A stretch of 64,000 bases of DNA from Spironucleus salmonicida. Taxonomy: Eukaryota. Positions 63,205 through 64,000 of the stretch are shown piece after piece. The first letter of the stretch is position 1. The number at the start of each line of letters is the position of its first letter. The position numbers and the translations under genes were made by a program. The notes below the pieces were generated by a model. The model did not search any database, was not told where the DNA came from, and saw nothing but the letters and a program-made list of their open reading frames with translations. The DNA lies in the NCBI RefSeq assembly GCF_000497125.1, contig NC_090601.1, positions 744,001 to 808,000 on the forward strand, given 5' to 3'.

Positions 63205-64000
63205 ATGGATGAAAAGTGTGATAACGCTACAAAAGTTTGCCCAGAGATGAAGGCATGCCCAGTTGATGCTACAAGCGATGTCCCAGCTGACTGCGTCGAC
63301 TGCACATCTGGTGCAGAACATTGTGTTGGATGCGCTATCGGTTCAGTAGATGTCTGCAGCGCATGCGCTCCTAAGTTTTTCTTGAATAGTGAGACCGCAT
63401 GTATTGCCTGCTCTGCCAACTGCATCACCTGCTCCACCGCTGAAAAGTGCACGGTATGTGCCGATGGATACGAAGTTAAGGCTGATGTTTGTGTAGTCAA
63501 GGGCGCCATCGTCAACGAGTGCGATGACAAAACACTTTGCATGGATGGTAAGTTCTGCGAGATTAAGTCTACTGGAAATGTCTGCTCGGATTGTTCTGGT
63601 GAGTGTGCAAACTGCAGCAGCGCTACCAAATGCACGACCTGCAAGGCTACCCACGAGATGAACACCGATCAGACCTGCACCGCACCTTGTGCGAATTTAC
63701 CTGTAAATAAGGCCTGTATAAGCTCTGCTGCCGCTGACTGTGGAACTGATAAATAGCAGACCGCATGCAATTGCGGCGCTGCAGCCAAGAACTGCCTCGC
63801 CTGCCCCGTCGTTCCCGTACCCGCCCCAGGAACCTGCACCGACACCCTGTGCACCTGTGCTGATGGAGCTAAGGGAGTATGCACCGGATGCATTGACGTC
63901 GCCAACTACGACTTTGACGATGCCAAGTGCAAGCCCAAGGCCCCCACCACCTGCGCCACCTGCCTGCCCGGTTACGTCCTCAAGGACGCCAAGTGCGAGG
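63205..64000 (+). CDS. cysteine-rich membrane protein, type a, cut by the window edge
   Basis: [13 protein letters not shown]..., CXXC repeats, open through TAG to 64000. Confidence 0.9.

Larger units (their letters stand above)
54330..64000 (+). repeat. cassette copy C; includes the right arm of the palindrome and runs off the window
   Basis: Same order and spacers as copy A from ~14470 onward. Confidence 0.92.

Noticed and set aside
1723-63905. Many antisense and alternate-frame ORFs in the track (QVVHL/QAVQV-rich, or overlapping IFT70 and 10462)
   Set aside because: Shadows of GC-rich genes; the true frames are identified by motifs and paralogy.
13540-64000. CRISPR array or autonomous transposon as the cause of the repeats
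   Set aside because: No short repeat-spacer periodicity; no transposase, reverse transcriptase or integrase motifs recognised.
1-64000. tRNA, rRNA or spliceosomal introns
   Set aside because: None recognised by eye; called genes read through without needing introns. tRNAscan-SE or Infernal would be needed to exclude RNA genes.

Overview
Eukaryotic, intron-free, gene-dense DNA that uses the non-standard nuclear code TAA/TAG = Gln (only TGA stops), so the supplied standard-code ORF track is fragmented. All CDS calls below were re-read by hand in that code. The code, VSP-like CXXC-rich membrane proteins ending KKxKK/KRARK, C-rich motifs before ATGs and AGTGA overlapping stops point to a hexamitid diplomonad, most likely Spironucleus (inference). 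Single-copy stretches (about 1-12 kb and 26-43 kb) encode a degenerate GH20 hexosaminidase-like protein, a Wee1/Myt1-like kinase, a histone H3 variant, a BPI/LBP-like protein, a multipass membrane protein, an ABCA-type transporter and IFT70/TTC30. The rest is three copies of a ~9.7 kb cassette (CRMP-a, CRMP-b, CRMP-c, a chimeric fragment, a frameshifted GC-rich membrane-protein pseudogene, a ~3.2 kb spacer). Two copies form a large palindrome around a unique ~0.9 kb junction. Most notable: (1) a family of three ~90-aa N-acylation-motif microproteins, absent from the ORF track, sharing an 18-residue C-terminal motif; (2) a conserved 49-aa microprotein gene pair beside the arrays; (3) mosaic CRMP shuffling with repeated microhomology deletions; (4) a GH20 homologue lacking its catalytic Asp-Glu.
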